Below are positions 22,672-34,400 of a stretch of 46,005 bases of DNA, piece after piece. Source of the stretch: Klebsormidium nitens (Eukaryota; Plantae; Klebsormidiophyceae); NCBI GenBank assembly GCA_000708835.1, contig DF237608.1:1-46005 (forward strand), read 5' to 3'. The number at the start of each line of letters is the position of its first letter. Positions within the stretch are counted from its first letter, which is position 1. The notes under the pieces are model-generated. The model did not search any database. It was given only the letters and a program-made list of their open reading frames with translations, and was not told where the DNA came from. The position numbers were made by a program, and so were the translations under genes.

Positions 22672-25600
22672 TTATTCTTTAGTTTCGTCCGCAGCCGGCG
22701 GCCCGGGCAACTCTTTGAAAAGGAGGTCGTGCGCCAACGCCTCCCAAGAGATGGTCAACGACATGAGGCAGCACTTGAGGTTCGTCTCGTCGGGGACGTC
22801 TTGGGTTGCCGCCAAATATACCTGCAGTCAGGGCATACGACACTTGCTGACTCGGAACCTTGCAGATTGCAAATCAGTTGCTTCGCAGATGATCCGGGGC
22901 TCGACAGGCTTTCTGCTTCTGTGCTGAAGTACCATCGTCTGGTCCAAATTGTCATACAGACTTGCGGACAGGAAGTGTTTCGCGAGACTAGCTCCTCACT
23001 TCACTAAGCACAAGTTCACCGACCTGGCAATTGGCTTGAATCAATCCAGAGACCTCCTCCAAAAGAACAAAACTGCATAACGGTCTGGTTTTAGACAGGA
23101 ACCAAAGCAAGGCGATGATGCACAAACTGGTTCCTCCGGAATGACGAAGACCTCCGACGGATCCCCATCGACATCCCTCGACGTCGTACCAGCTTTTGTA
23201 GCCTCCTTCGAAGCATCCTGAAAAGCCTTGTCCCAACAAGCCCTGCCCTGAATCGTTCTTTGCAGATCAAAAAATCAAATGGACTCAAGATCATGATGAA
23301 CTAAAGACAGCCGAATATTCACAAATTAATCGCAACTTGCAACTCAAGAGCATCAAGCCCTCAAAACCTCACCTGAGCTAGATTGCGTGCAGTGGTTGCT
23401 GCCGCTGCCGCCGCCTTTTTGGCGAAGTCCCCAAACCCTAGCCGCTTCTTGTTCTGCTCCATCTCGAACCGCGCGGTCGGACTGCTGGCGTCGTCATCGG
23501 TTGACGGTTGCGGCTCTTCACCGCCTGTCTTGTCGGCCTTTGTTTTTGAGGAGCCCTCGCTTTCTGAAAGAGAACAGATTGGCGTTCGTTCACACGTTTC
23601 CACAATCCGTAAGCAGGGGAGGACGCAGACCTTGATATGCTTGTAACATTTTTTGTGTCTGGTGGGTCCTCGCCTATGGAAGTAAAACCACAACCAAGTC
23701 TTTCCGTCATTCTAACGACCGGAACCTTCTGAAGGCGAAGAAACATTTTGATTTCGATGCGATGATGAGAGGGTCACCGACAATCACTTTCAAGCATGTT
23801 CTTAGTACATGCATCGTGAGTCTGATTGTGTTGTCCCTTCAGAAACGGGAAAGCTTGGAAAGTTCGTCGCCCAACAATTGAAAAAGTTGTTGTTGCTGAG
23901 ATCGCTCAGCGCATGTTCGAATAAGGCGTAAAAGCATCTCCGAGAATAGCCCGTACCTCGCACTCCCGACCCTGCCACGTCAGCCTGAGATCTGGGAGAG
24001 GTCCAAACAGAGCGGTCTAAGAATCCGGCAAAGGTCCGTACCTCGCACTCCCGACACTGCCACGTCAGCCTCCCCCCTGCCCCCTGGTCCCCGCATCACC
24101 AGTCGCTCCGCCCGGCCGGACGTTGCGGTGAAGAGACCGCCCATGCGGCCGCGGCCGCCTGGAACGAAAAAAGGCTCCAGTGTGAACAGGCGCTCAAAGG
24201 ACGTCAGCAGACACCAAAAAACGCGAAGTCAAATGCTTGCACCACCGTTCTACGTCAGTGTTACGTCAGAGAACGCAGAACACGTTGTGTCGAACCCTTG
24301 CACTGCCTTTCCATCTGAACATTGATACGATCAGTGGACAGTTCTCCTTTGATCGACGAACCCCGAAACCCAACGGATGTGAGTGCCGTACATAGTTTCT
24401 TTCTTTCTTACTAACTTGTCGGTTGGAGCATCGTCCTTCAGCCGAGATTGCAACTCTCACTGGCAACACTTGAATCATGTGGAAGGATTGCTCCCACAAA
24501 AGACACTACTTTTGCCCGGGCTCTTTTTGTCTGTATAAACCCTGCTTGTTCCTACAGCGACAGCCCACTTGAAAGCCCTTGGACTTTCCATACCAGGGCC
24601 GTTCTCTCCGTTTCATCACATTCTTTACCTCCGAAAAGCCGAAAGGCAGCTGACTGAGATCAGCACGGGACCTTAGCCGTGACATGAACATTCTTGACAT
24701 ACTCAGGACACCTCCTCGATTCTATTCGAGAGGGCAGACGTTTGAAAAGCAGCTGCGTTGCTGAAGAAGAATAAGAAGCTACGAGGCGGCGCCCCTAGCG
24801 AAAGAGTTGCTCAGGTGAGCGTTCGACACTCACTGTTGAACGCCTCCTTAACCAGGTCGTACCCCACAAAGCCGGAGAATAATGTAACCTGCACAGCAGC
24901 GCACCGCACACTTTGAGTTTCAACATTTGAGGAGAACGCCGGTAAGGAGGCAATCAACAAAAGCTGATTGGCTTACACGTCATCCGTGGACATTTGCAGA
25001 CGAGGGGAAATAACGTTCTGGAGTTTGCTGGCAAAGGATTCAGATCGGGGAGTCGGAAAGTAATTTTCCAGGCCAGACGCGACGTGAAAGCAACAGCGAG
25101 GTGTCTGCAAAGGAACGACTGACTGGGCGTCTCAATGCCCACAGCTTCAATACAAAGCTTTCTTCAGACAGCGGCGATGGAACAAGAACACAAAAAAACC
25201 TCTGCATGATATCTCCAGGCTTCACCCAATCTGATCTGTCCTTCAAAGGACGGCAGGAAAAGCAGCCGTTCTCACTTTTGGCGAGGTCCCAGTTTCCTCC
25301 AGGACGTTCGCCTCTTTGCTCGTCCGGGGGGTGCCGCTGTGGTCGCTGCCCGAGAAAGCCGCCCCCCCGTTTGCATTAAGCAGGACGCAGAAGCAGTGGT
25401 CGGGGTCAGAGATAACCTGCATACGGTTAGCACTGTTTCAGCGACATCGACGTGGAGTTAGAAAGGGACCAACAGTCACGAGTATGCACCAAAACATCTT
25501 TCTGCGCCTTTACGTCAAACAATGTTATCTCCAAATCTCCCGCCGCTCTGCCAAACGGTGACTTTCACGCGTCGAACTAGAAAAGCGACATCAAAACATC

Positions 25601-28600
25601 TTTTTGGAGCCTTTACGTCAAGCAATGCTATCTCCCTATCTCCCGCCGCTCTGCCAAACGGTGACTGTCACTCGTCGAACTAGAGAAGCGACGATGCTGG
25701 CCATAAGAGCTGTGTCTCGAAAGGCGGCTTCAAGCACAACCAGACCTGCTTAAGAAGAGCGGGAAGCACTAGTTTATCTCACCACGGAGTCAAAAGTGTC
25801 GTCGTAATCGTCGACAGCAAAACAGATGTCTGGATATGCGGGCGTGGTTTGCGAGGCCTGCAACGGAAGAATCGGCCTTCAGCATTTTCATTGAATGCGG
25901 TTCTCAAGCACTGCTTTGCTATCCAGCTTAGCGTGTGGATTGTAGATTCAAACTGACAAAGCGGTACCGTCGACGACTCTAGGATGGTGATGAAGTGGAG
26001 AAGCGGGGACGGGTGCGGCTCTGGCATTTGTCGAGATTGCGTTTTGCGTTCTTCTACGACCTTCACCCGGTTTCTTTCCTTGCCATCCAAAAGGGCTTCC
26101 ATTCAATGGAAGTGAGCCTAAGAGATGCAGCACTTGAGAAATACCAGTTCCAGGTCCAAGAAAAAGTCAAGTCAATAAAATCCGTGTTCCATGTCGGACT
26201 CTTTCGTGAATACAAGTAAGGAGCTCATGAAAGATCCCCTTACAGGACCCATGAGCTTTTCCGCAGAAGACACACTCCGTGTTGCAGGAACGCAGTGATT
26301 GACAGATGCTATTTCATCTACTGGAGCAAGAGGTTGGCCCGCTATGGCAAAACGAAGTGCAAATTCAAGCTTCGTGAAGGCTCTACGAACCTACGAGCCC
26401 CGCTATACCACCAAAACTGAACGGCCGTTCTGCGTCTTCATTGCAGGTAAACAAGCTAACAATCGACCCCGAAGCCAGTCTGTATCCACGAAAGTGGAGC
26501 ATGATACATTTTGCACCAGCTTGCAAGAGCCAGAAAGGGGAGCAATCACGGCAGAATAAGAAGATGTTAAAGACGAGAAGCAGCGAATCCTGAACGGGAA
26601 GGATGAGCGACGAGAGGGGAAGGACGGATGCGAAGCTGACCTTTGACGTGTCCATGTCAATGCGCGCACGGCTGGGGGAGGCATACACGGTCTTGGTGAC
26701 TTTGTACAGGGGTGTGACGGGAGCGCCGCCAGCCTTTCGGTGAAGCTCCAAAGCCTTGCGACTGGAAAGGAGCGGGAAAGAGTCTGCACCAAACTGTCTG
26801 TCGACTGACAATAATCTGACTGCCTTGCAACATGGGCAATACGCTGACGTCATTGAATATTGCCCGCCCACCTTCCGGTGATGCCAAAACGTTGCGATTG
26901 GGAAAGAACGGGAAAGAGTTTGTCACAGAGCTTTCCTTGCTGAGTGCGAATGCTCTGTCTGCCTTGCAACATGGGCAATGCACTGACGTCATCGGATAGT
27001 ATCTGTCATACTGCCTGCCCTGCGGCAATGCTCCATTTCCTTGCGAATGAGGAACAACGGAGGAGGTGTAGCTTCCGTACTCCTTTCTGATCGCTGACGA
27101 TCTGACTGGGCGACCCGTTGACCCCATTGCATATGCTAACTGGCCCACAAGTGTCGCTCTGTCGACTGTTGCTGTGCCTCACGGGAGTGAGAAACTACGA
27201 GAGAGCCTTTGGTATAGTCTTGGAAGCTCTTGTCTAGCAGGCATTCGCTTCTGATAAGACTTTTTTCCGCTTTTCTATAGGAGGTCGTCGGCACTTGCTG
27301 GAAATCACGCGCAATCACCGACGGCTTTCAAAGATCTAACGGCCCGGATCCGGTCGGCAATATGATGAGGGTTTCCGTACCATGAAATCTGAACAGAAAT
27401 GTGCAAGTCCTATGAACAATCAGTGCCCAGATCCGTTACGTAAGAAAAGGAAAGACGTCTGGCTTACCTGCAGACCGCGACTGTGAGCGCGAACGTGGTA
27501 TGTGCAATCAGGTTGAGGTAGAACGTCCGCCGCCAGTCGACGACGAACTCCCGCTGGTTGCTCTCCGAGTTGGGCCCGCCCTTGGAGCTGCCCTTTCCCA
27601 GCACCGACGACAACTGCGAGAGATAAACGTTACAAAGAATGACCAATATGCAGTTCATTCGAGAAAAGGTTGGGAAGTGGTGATTCGAGGTGGCTCGTCG
27701 TTCCTGAAAAACGAGAGGTCGTTTTGGCACTCTTAGAGGTAGCGGAATGTCACAGGCCTAGAAATCCTCTGTCTAAACGCCCTTGTGTTCTGAGTAACCG
27801 TCTGACAGTCATGCGCTTCATCCTGTGCCGATTGTGACGGTGAGTGAGTGTAGAAACGAACTTTGAAAAGCCCCTCACGATCAAAAAATGCACTTGACAA
27901 AGCGATTGCTGCCCCCAAGTCGATGCACGAAGCGATAAAAAGGCCGAGTATGAAAAAAAGTATCAGCTACAAAAAGAGAACAGAAATAAGGGAGAGAAGA
28001 AGAACCAGGAAACCTTACGTCCGGCTGCCACCGCTTGACGAAGAAAGGCGCAAGTCGGCCTGGCCCCTGGACGCCGGACGGCGTGAGCTGTCCGAGCTCG
28101 TCCGCAAGCTGCATCCGGTCTTCCAGCATGACACTCTGCACGGCGGAGCAGGCTGCTGATGTCAGGAACATGGACGATGGTGTCAATGAGGTAAAACGGT
28201 TTATGCGGACGTTTGTTAAAATGACTGCACCAATTGCCAAAACGATCATAACGATTCGGTACCGATTTGGAGGTGACTATCCCATAAGATATGGCGGTTG
28301 ATCGGCACCTTCAAAGAAACAGACGTGACATGGTGGTTCAAAGAACCTTGATCAACGGAGTGAGCATGCTTGTGTTCACATTGAAAGACCATGACCTGAA
28401 GTTTGCACGTTAAGGTCTTAAAGCGAGGTCGACGAAGGCACTTTACTTTCAGAGTGAACGTAAGAAGGGAAATCTCGAAATGGAACATTCTCCTGCCCCT
28501 TTTATGCACGAAATTGAATCTTCCTCTAGCGGAGGTATCCGCTAGTAAGGCAAAACCACTTCCATCTTCTAGCAATTTGCCTGGAATTCAAGCCTGAAAA

Positions 28601-30111
28601 TAAGCGCTCTACATAAACGACCTCCAAGTCCAACCAGTCCAGACACGACTGCCACTCACATGCTTCCTAACAAAGAAGAGCATGTCGTCCTGTGCTTTCG
28701 ACCCCTTGGCCGCCCCTCGTACGAAGAATGTGTCCACCAGGTCCTTCCAGTATTTGCTGCCCCCCTCGGACTCCCCGTCTGCCTGCACCGCCTTAGTGGC
28801 CAGCGCGGGATGCAGAAGCGAGTCCGAGTGCTTTCGGACGTCATCAAGAAGCGTCCGCCTGCATTTGTGATGAGCAAGTTTGTGACACACGAACCGATTC
28901 AGGAGAATGGAACGTCCTTGTGTTCGAATGGTGACGTAGGAGCGAGTCGGAAGGTTCAAAGGAAAAGTGTCCGCCCAATTCACGGGACCTGGGCTTTGAA
29001 GACAAGCGACTTGATAAAGAGGAAGGAAGTAGTGGCAAAGCCTGCAATCAATCAACTCCCTTGTATTCTGATGGTGACATGTAGGAGCGAGTCGGAGGGT
29101 TCTAAGGAAAGTGTCCGCCCATTTCACGGGACCCGGGCTTTGAAGGACACGCGACTCGATGAAGAGGAAGGAAGTACTGTCGAAGCCTGCAATCGGCAAC
29201 TGGCGTTGTAGAGAACGACTGAGAAGACGGAATGTAAAGACCGATGGTTGAGGTGGTATGAGAACCGAGTTCAATTGGTCGAACGTCCTCCAGAACGTCG
29301 CCTGCAAATGGCGGAAAATCTGAGCTGTAGTGAGAGCGACTTAATAAGGAATGGACGTAGAGGGGTCGTTGAAAATAAAGAGGAAGACGTTTCTCTCTTA
29401 TATGAAGGAGCGAGTCCAGAGTTTTTGGGCGTCCACTGAAAGCACCGACTGCGACCAGTGAGAAAGTAAGATTCAGGAAGCGATTTTAGGAAGATGAAGG
29501 AAGTTTTTAAGAAGTGTACGCGTGCAATTCATAAGCAAGGCTTTGCGGTGCTTCGAAAAGAACAGAAGAGTCTGTTTTGAGGTATGGAGTATGAGTGCTC
29601 TTGAACAAGCTCAAAGAGGGCCGCCTGCAATCGGTAGGCAAACTCGCTTTGATTAAAAGCGACTCGATTCAAGTTGGAGGAGTTGCGAAACAAGGAACAG
29701 GGAGCCTTTGGAACAATCAAACATCTCAACTTACTTTCAGGTAGTTGGTTGTGCTGTTCAATGGAGTATCAGGATGACGTAATGTGACTTTGTCTAGATG
29801 ACGGACACCTCATCTTCAACACTCGAGCCTACAATGTAAAAAGTAGTCTGAAGAATCAACGTGTTGTCTTTTCAGGAAAGAGTATTCTAAAGTACTCAGC
29901 GTGCTCGCCTAGAATCAGGTGCAGTCTTCTCTTCGGCGGACCCCTCCTCCACGACTTTTTCTTTGCCCTTGTCTTGACTGGCACTCTCCACAGGCAACGC
30001 CGCGGCGGCACCACCTTCTTGTGCACTCTTGTCTGCATCTCCTCCCCCATATGCTTCAGGATCGCTTGCTCCAGACGGACCGTCCAACTCGGCGGGCTTA
30101 GTGGACGCCAT
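22672..30111 (-). CDS. DUF2045 / KIAA0930-like protein, 504 aa, complement(join(22672..22821,23373..23563,24042..24158,24834..24888,25276..25416,25783..25857,26641..26761,27468..27613,28019..28135,28660..28858,29909..30111))
   Basis: Conserved blocks: QDDMLFFVRK, FFVKRWQP, VDWRRTFYLNLIAHTTFALTVAVC, KTVYASPSR, YPDICFAVDDYDDTF, HCFCVLLNANGGAAF, VTLFSGFVGY, MRGPGGRGEADVAVSG and LKCCLMSLTISWEALAHDLLFK. All 10 junctions are phase-consistent and the CDS is 1515 nt. Intron 1 requires a GC donor (AG|GCGAGC at 29908). Confidence 0.88.
23951..24071 (-). repeat. 36-bp duplication of an exon 3' end plus 5' splice site (85-bp offset)
   Basis: 23951-23986 vs 24036-24071, 35/36 identical. It contains the last 30 nt of DUF2045 exon 9 and the donor GTACGG. 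Confidence 0.9.
25490..25692. repeat. 102-bp tandem duplication inside DUF2045 intron 6
   Basis: Units start at 25490 and 25592 (CAAAACATCTT...TCTCCCGCCGCTCTGCCAAACGGTGACT...TCGAACTAGA.AAGCGAC), with scattered substitutions. Confidence 0.9.
26726..27000 (-). repeat. About 138-bp tandem duplication spanning a 3' splice site of DUF2045 (exon 5 start plus intron 4 end)
   Basis: Units are approximately 26726-26863 and 26864-27000, sharing CTGCCTTGCAACATGGGCAAT, CTGACGTCAT and GGGAAAGAGT. The real acceptor TTTCCAG|TCGCAAG corresponds to TTCCCAA|TCGCAAC in the intronic copy. Confidence 0.85.
28928..29194. repeat. About 143-bp tandem duplication inside DUF2045 intron 1
   Basis: Units start at 28928 and 29071 (ATGGTGAC..GTAGGAGCGAGTCGG..AAGTGTCCGCCCA.TTCACGGGACC.GGGCTTTGAAG..GAGGAAGGAAGTA..AAGCCTGCAATC). 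Degenerate fragments recur near 29335 and 29405. Confidence 0.88.
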
Positions 30112-31487
30112 GCTTTTGGTAGCCCTTTGAACAGTCTGCACAGAATAGATTGATTAGCTTCTCCATGTGATCAGAAACATCTCAGTTCATCTTAGATCAG
30201 ACCTATGTTGAGGTGTGTAAATTCCGCGGGCTTGAAGAAAGTAGAATTTAGAACCCAGAACTAGCATGCTCCGCACCCGTCCCCACCCTAAACCCCCACC
30301 CTAACTGAAGCCGTACCAGGCAGTGAGCTAACTCAAAAGAACCGGAACAAACGCAAATTCGAAACTACTCAAGACTACTGATCAGGACCTCTTTTCAATG
30401 GTTATTGTATCAACAACTAAGGGTTTCAAACTGCCCAAGCAGAGCAGAAGAAGTTGTCAAAGCGAGGCGCTCCCTTTGCACTCTCGTCGTTCATGGAGTC
30501 TGTGCTGTGATTGTGTTTCACTGCATTCTGAAGAATTGGCCGGGATTGTCAACCGTCTGGTTGTGTTGAAAAGGGAGGTGAATGCAAAAATGAGAAATCA
30601 CAAAGCAGTAGACAAAACCTGCTACATGACCAACAATCACCTCAATACCCTCGAGGATCTTACTTTCCAAACACTTTCTTGAATCAAACTCAACGAATGT
30701 GAAGCTTTGGGCGTGTTTGAAAAGTTTAAAAAGCCCAACAAATGACTGAAAACAAACAACAACGTCCCATAACCACAAGAGAGAAGCTTGCCTACCCTGC
30801 CTTGTTTCAAACCATTCAGCAATCTGCGAGATTGGCTGCTTACAATGCAGAGACTTTGCAAGAGCCTCGATCACCAAATGGGCGCTCGAGAAACGACGCC
30901 CTGGCCGTTTGCAAATTGCATGCAGCTAGGATTCGGAGATGATTCTGACTTTCAGCTAGCTAGCTCTCGCGTGCTCCCTCGTCCTTCCGGCGTTGCACAG
31001 CACTTGCATGGTTCCGCCGCTTTGGTAGAGAATGGTAACGGAATCAGAACGAAAAGCATAATCGACGGTCCCATCAGCCCCCTTGAATCGACGGTGATAA
31101 GTAGGGCCCGAAATTCCGCGCCATCCCCTCCTCGAATTGCGCGTTTTAATGGACGGTGGAGATTTAATCTTGCAAGGCCTTGCTTCCATCCAAGATTCTC
31201 AGAGAGAAGAGCGCAATGCATCTCGTCCGTTCAACTCAAAACGCCCTAGACCGACGGCAGCAAACGGTTTCAGTCGCATGCAAGTCGCTTTCAAAGAAAG
31301 GGACGGGAGGCAGTCCTGTGCGAGTGCAAATGGGCAGCGTCGCGAGTGCAATCGCGGCAGACATTTCTGGCCTCGAGTGCAATCGAGGCAGCCGATACTT
31401 ACTCAGTTACTGCTTGCCGCAACTTGCAGCAGATAAAAGCAGAGGAATTTGAGAGGAGAGACAAAAGTGAAAGTACGTCGTGCAAAG

Positions 31488-34400
31488 ATGGAGACGCTTG
31501 AGAAAGATGGGATTGAGCCAAAGGCAGAGCCTTTTGCAGCTTCGGTTCGCTCTCCCCGCAAAGCCGTCCCTGCAGGGGCTTTGATCATCGACCTAGACGA
31601 GGAAGATGAGTCCGCGGGTCAAGGGGTGACCCAGCTGGAAGAGGCAAGCGGTCAAAACATGGAGACCGAGGTGGCGCAAAATGTTCCAACGCTAGTTCCT
31701 AATAAGCGAGCTGGCGATGGGGATGATTTGCAGCAGCCTGCGCAAAAGAAGCAGAAGGGGCTGGCTCCTGCGCGCGCGCCAGCTAGGAAGACTCTAGCAT
31801 ACACGGAGACTCTTGCAACTAGAAGGGACTGGAAGAAGCGTCGGGAGGGGGCAGAGGGCCAAAGTGGCCCAAGCGTGGAGGTTGAGAGGAGGGCGCCGGT
31901 TGCTTCATCAGAAGGGTCACCGTCTCGAACAGAATCGGCTGCAGTTGACACTCCGCTTCAGCGGGAGGTGGCTCGAGGGGCGGGGCAGGGGCTGGTGTCA
32001 GTGCAGAGTGGGGGCTTGAGGGTGTGGTAAGTTTTCTGGAAACCTGGTAAACTGAAAGCTGCGTGCTTGTTCATCTTCACTTAGCTTTGTTGGCACCAGG
32101 ATTCCTCTTCCTTTATTTGTTGAACACTGCATAACATTAAGCAGTGGTTCATTGTGATTGACAGTACGTGCTTGTGTCCAGGAGAGGGTGCTTGTGGACT
32201 GGTTTCTTAAGAGACGCTTGAAATGGGGGCCGCTTACATTCTGCATAAGTTGTTGAATCAGAAGAAAATATTCCCGTAAGTTCTTGGCAGCTGGGGGAGA
32301 GTCCTTCTGAACCGCTTGCTTGCCAGTTCTGGACCCCGTGCTGAATAATTTTCAAAATTGGAAATCAGGGGGCTTAGGTGAATGCATACACAGGGATGAA
32401 TCGGAAAGGATTTCCAAGGTCGACCAACCAGCACCATGTGTTAGCACCTTACTATTTCTGCACATTTTTGGAAATGCCTACAACCATCAAGGTATTGTAG
32501 TAGTAAGTATTCCGGGTACTCCTTATGATGTTTGGTTCACATGAGCATCAGAATGTCTCATGCTGACACTCCCAAACAGAGTGTTGGCTAACAATCACCC
32601 TTCACACGAGGCCCTTGTCCCCCCATTTAGAGCGTCACTTCGCCCTCACTTGACGCGCTAACAACTTGCCTTCTCGACACTATCCTTGCAGCCGGCTGGA
32701 CGTCACGCCCCCCATGCGAGCCGGTGTCAATGTCTCAGCCTTCTACCCTACTCTGGAGCGGGTCGTGACTGAGTATGCAGACAACTCAATCGCTGCCATT
32801 CTGCGGATGCTGGCAGATAGAGCGGCCATTGTTGGAAGCAACGTGTGGGTGAAGTTCGAAGGGTCAACACTGGAAGTTGGGGACGATGGCCCAGGTAGGC
32901 ATGCAATTGGTTTCCTCCGTTTTCCTGCCGTCCTTGTTTTCTACTTCCTCCCCCTCAAGCTGTTACTGTGGCCTTGTATCTATCTTGTGTGTGCCCCTTC
33001 TTTTTCCCTTCCATTCTCATGAACTGTCTGGAATGGCCAGCTTGTTGCCTATACTAAGAAGCTGCTTTTGTATCTCCAATGTTGAAGGCTCCACAGTTGG
33101 AGTGTCAAGGACAAAGAGTGGGGAAGTCAGGGTTAACCACTTCCACTGCAACCACCTTCCTGAGCTTTCATGGCCTTTCACTGTTCAAGCCTATTGCCAA
33201 ATTGAAGCGCCTTTCTCAGTTTTTTAGGAGGGCAAGAAAGTCCAACGCAGGAAAACACCCTTCCCTTAACCATGCTTTGACCTGTCGCATTTCACCTGTT
33301 TTGCAGGCATGACGCTCGACCAGTTCAAGAAGGCGATCAAACTGAGCGGAACAGGCAGAGGTCAGCGGAGCAAAGAAGAGATCCGAGCGCAGGTTCAAAA
33401 TCAGAAACCCCCGATGGGTCGCAACTCCACTTCGGCTTCGAGCGGTCAGTACGGGTACGGGCTGTTTGCGGGGTTTGCGGTGGCCAAGGAAATTACGATA
33501 ATGACGAAGGCGGAGGGCAGCCCGACTCTGACTTGCCATCTGAAGAAGTGAGTACCTGTATATTTTAAGCATCCCTTGCCGCGTTGGGGTTTAGGATCAG
33601 TTTGTGCGCTCGATCTGCATCTTATGGTCGCGTGGTTCTCTTCGTTGTGGCTACACAGGTGGCGTCTAGACCAGGTAGAGAAAGTTACGAAATGGGACCA
33701 ATACATGCAGTAGACATCAGGGGAAGTTTCGGGATGCAACTTGCGAGTCCTGATTTCTGGCTTCGCTCTACAATCTTTGCAAGCTTCTTTTTACTCAAAC
33801 TGCAGGCCAGCTCCATCTTAATTCTTGCCATGGAGAGCCGAAACTCTGCCTAGCACAATTCCACTTTGCTTCACCACCTGTGGGTGGCAATACGTATTGA
33901 ATATTTTGAATGGAAATGCAGTAAGGAATAGCGTGGAAAAAGCCAATAGTATACATAATTCACCCACAGGAAACCTGAGACTTCACATCAATCAGTTGCG
34001 GAGCTCAGAGTTGCACAGTTGCAGAGAATTATGGTTCCCCTCAAAATCGATCCGTTTCTACAGGGAGATCTGGGACTCGATGGACACGTCGTGGCAAGTC
34101 CCCTACGACGAGGGCGGCAGCCTCTTCCGCAACGCCCCGCACGGCACGCACATCGTCCTCCACCTCACCAACGACTACCACTACACCCGCGAACGCTCCG
34201 AACAGCTCCGCGCCGCTCTCTGCGCCGTGTGCTCCCCGTTCGCCGACATCGAGAAGGGACTGCCGTCCACGCTTCCGCCGCTGTTTGAGGGGGGAAAGCC
34301 GAAGGAAAAACAGCAGTTGGATAAGACGCTAGGGGAGAAGTTCCGGAGCTTGAAACGTCAGCCGATCGTGGTGACGTTCAACATGACGAAGCTGTTTGAG

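Noticed and set aside
23190-23247. Candidate extra DUF2045 exon (GRACWDKAFQ..)
   Set aside because: It ends in phase 1 while the last exon starts in phase 0. The direct join ARNLAQ-VYLAATQ fits the family C-terminal motif spacing without it.
24842-24951. GCCTCCTTAACC / GGTAAGGAGGC inverted repeat resembling the MITE TIR
   Set aside because: The left arm is coding sequence of DUF2045 exon 8 (LVKEA). The match is short and probably chance.
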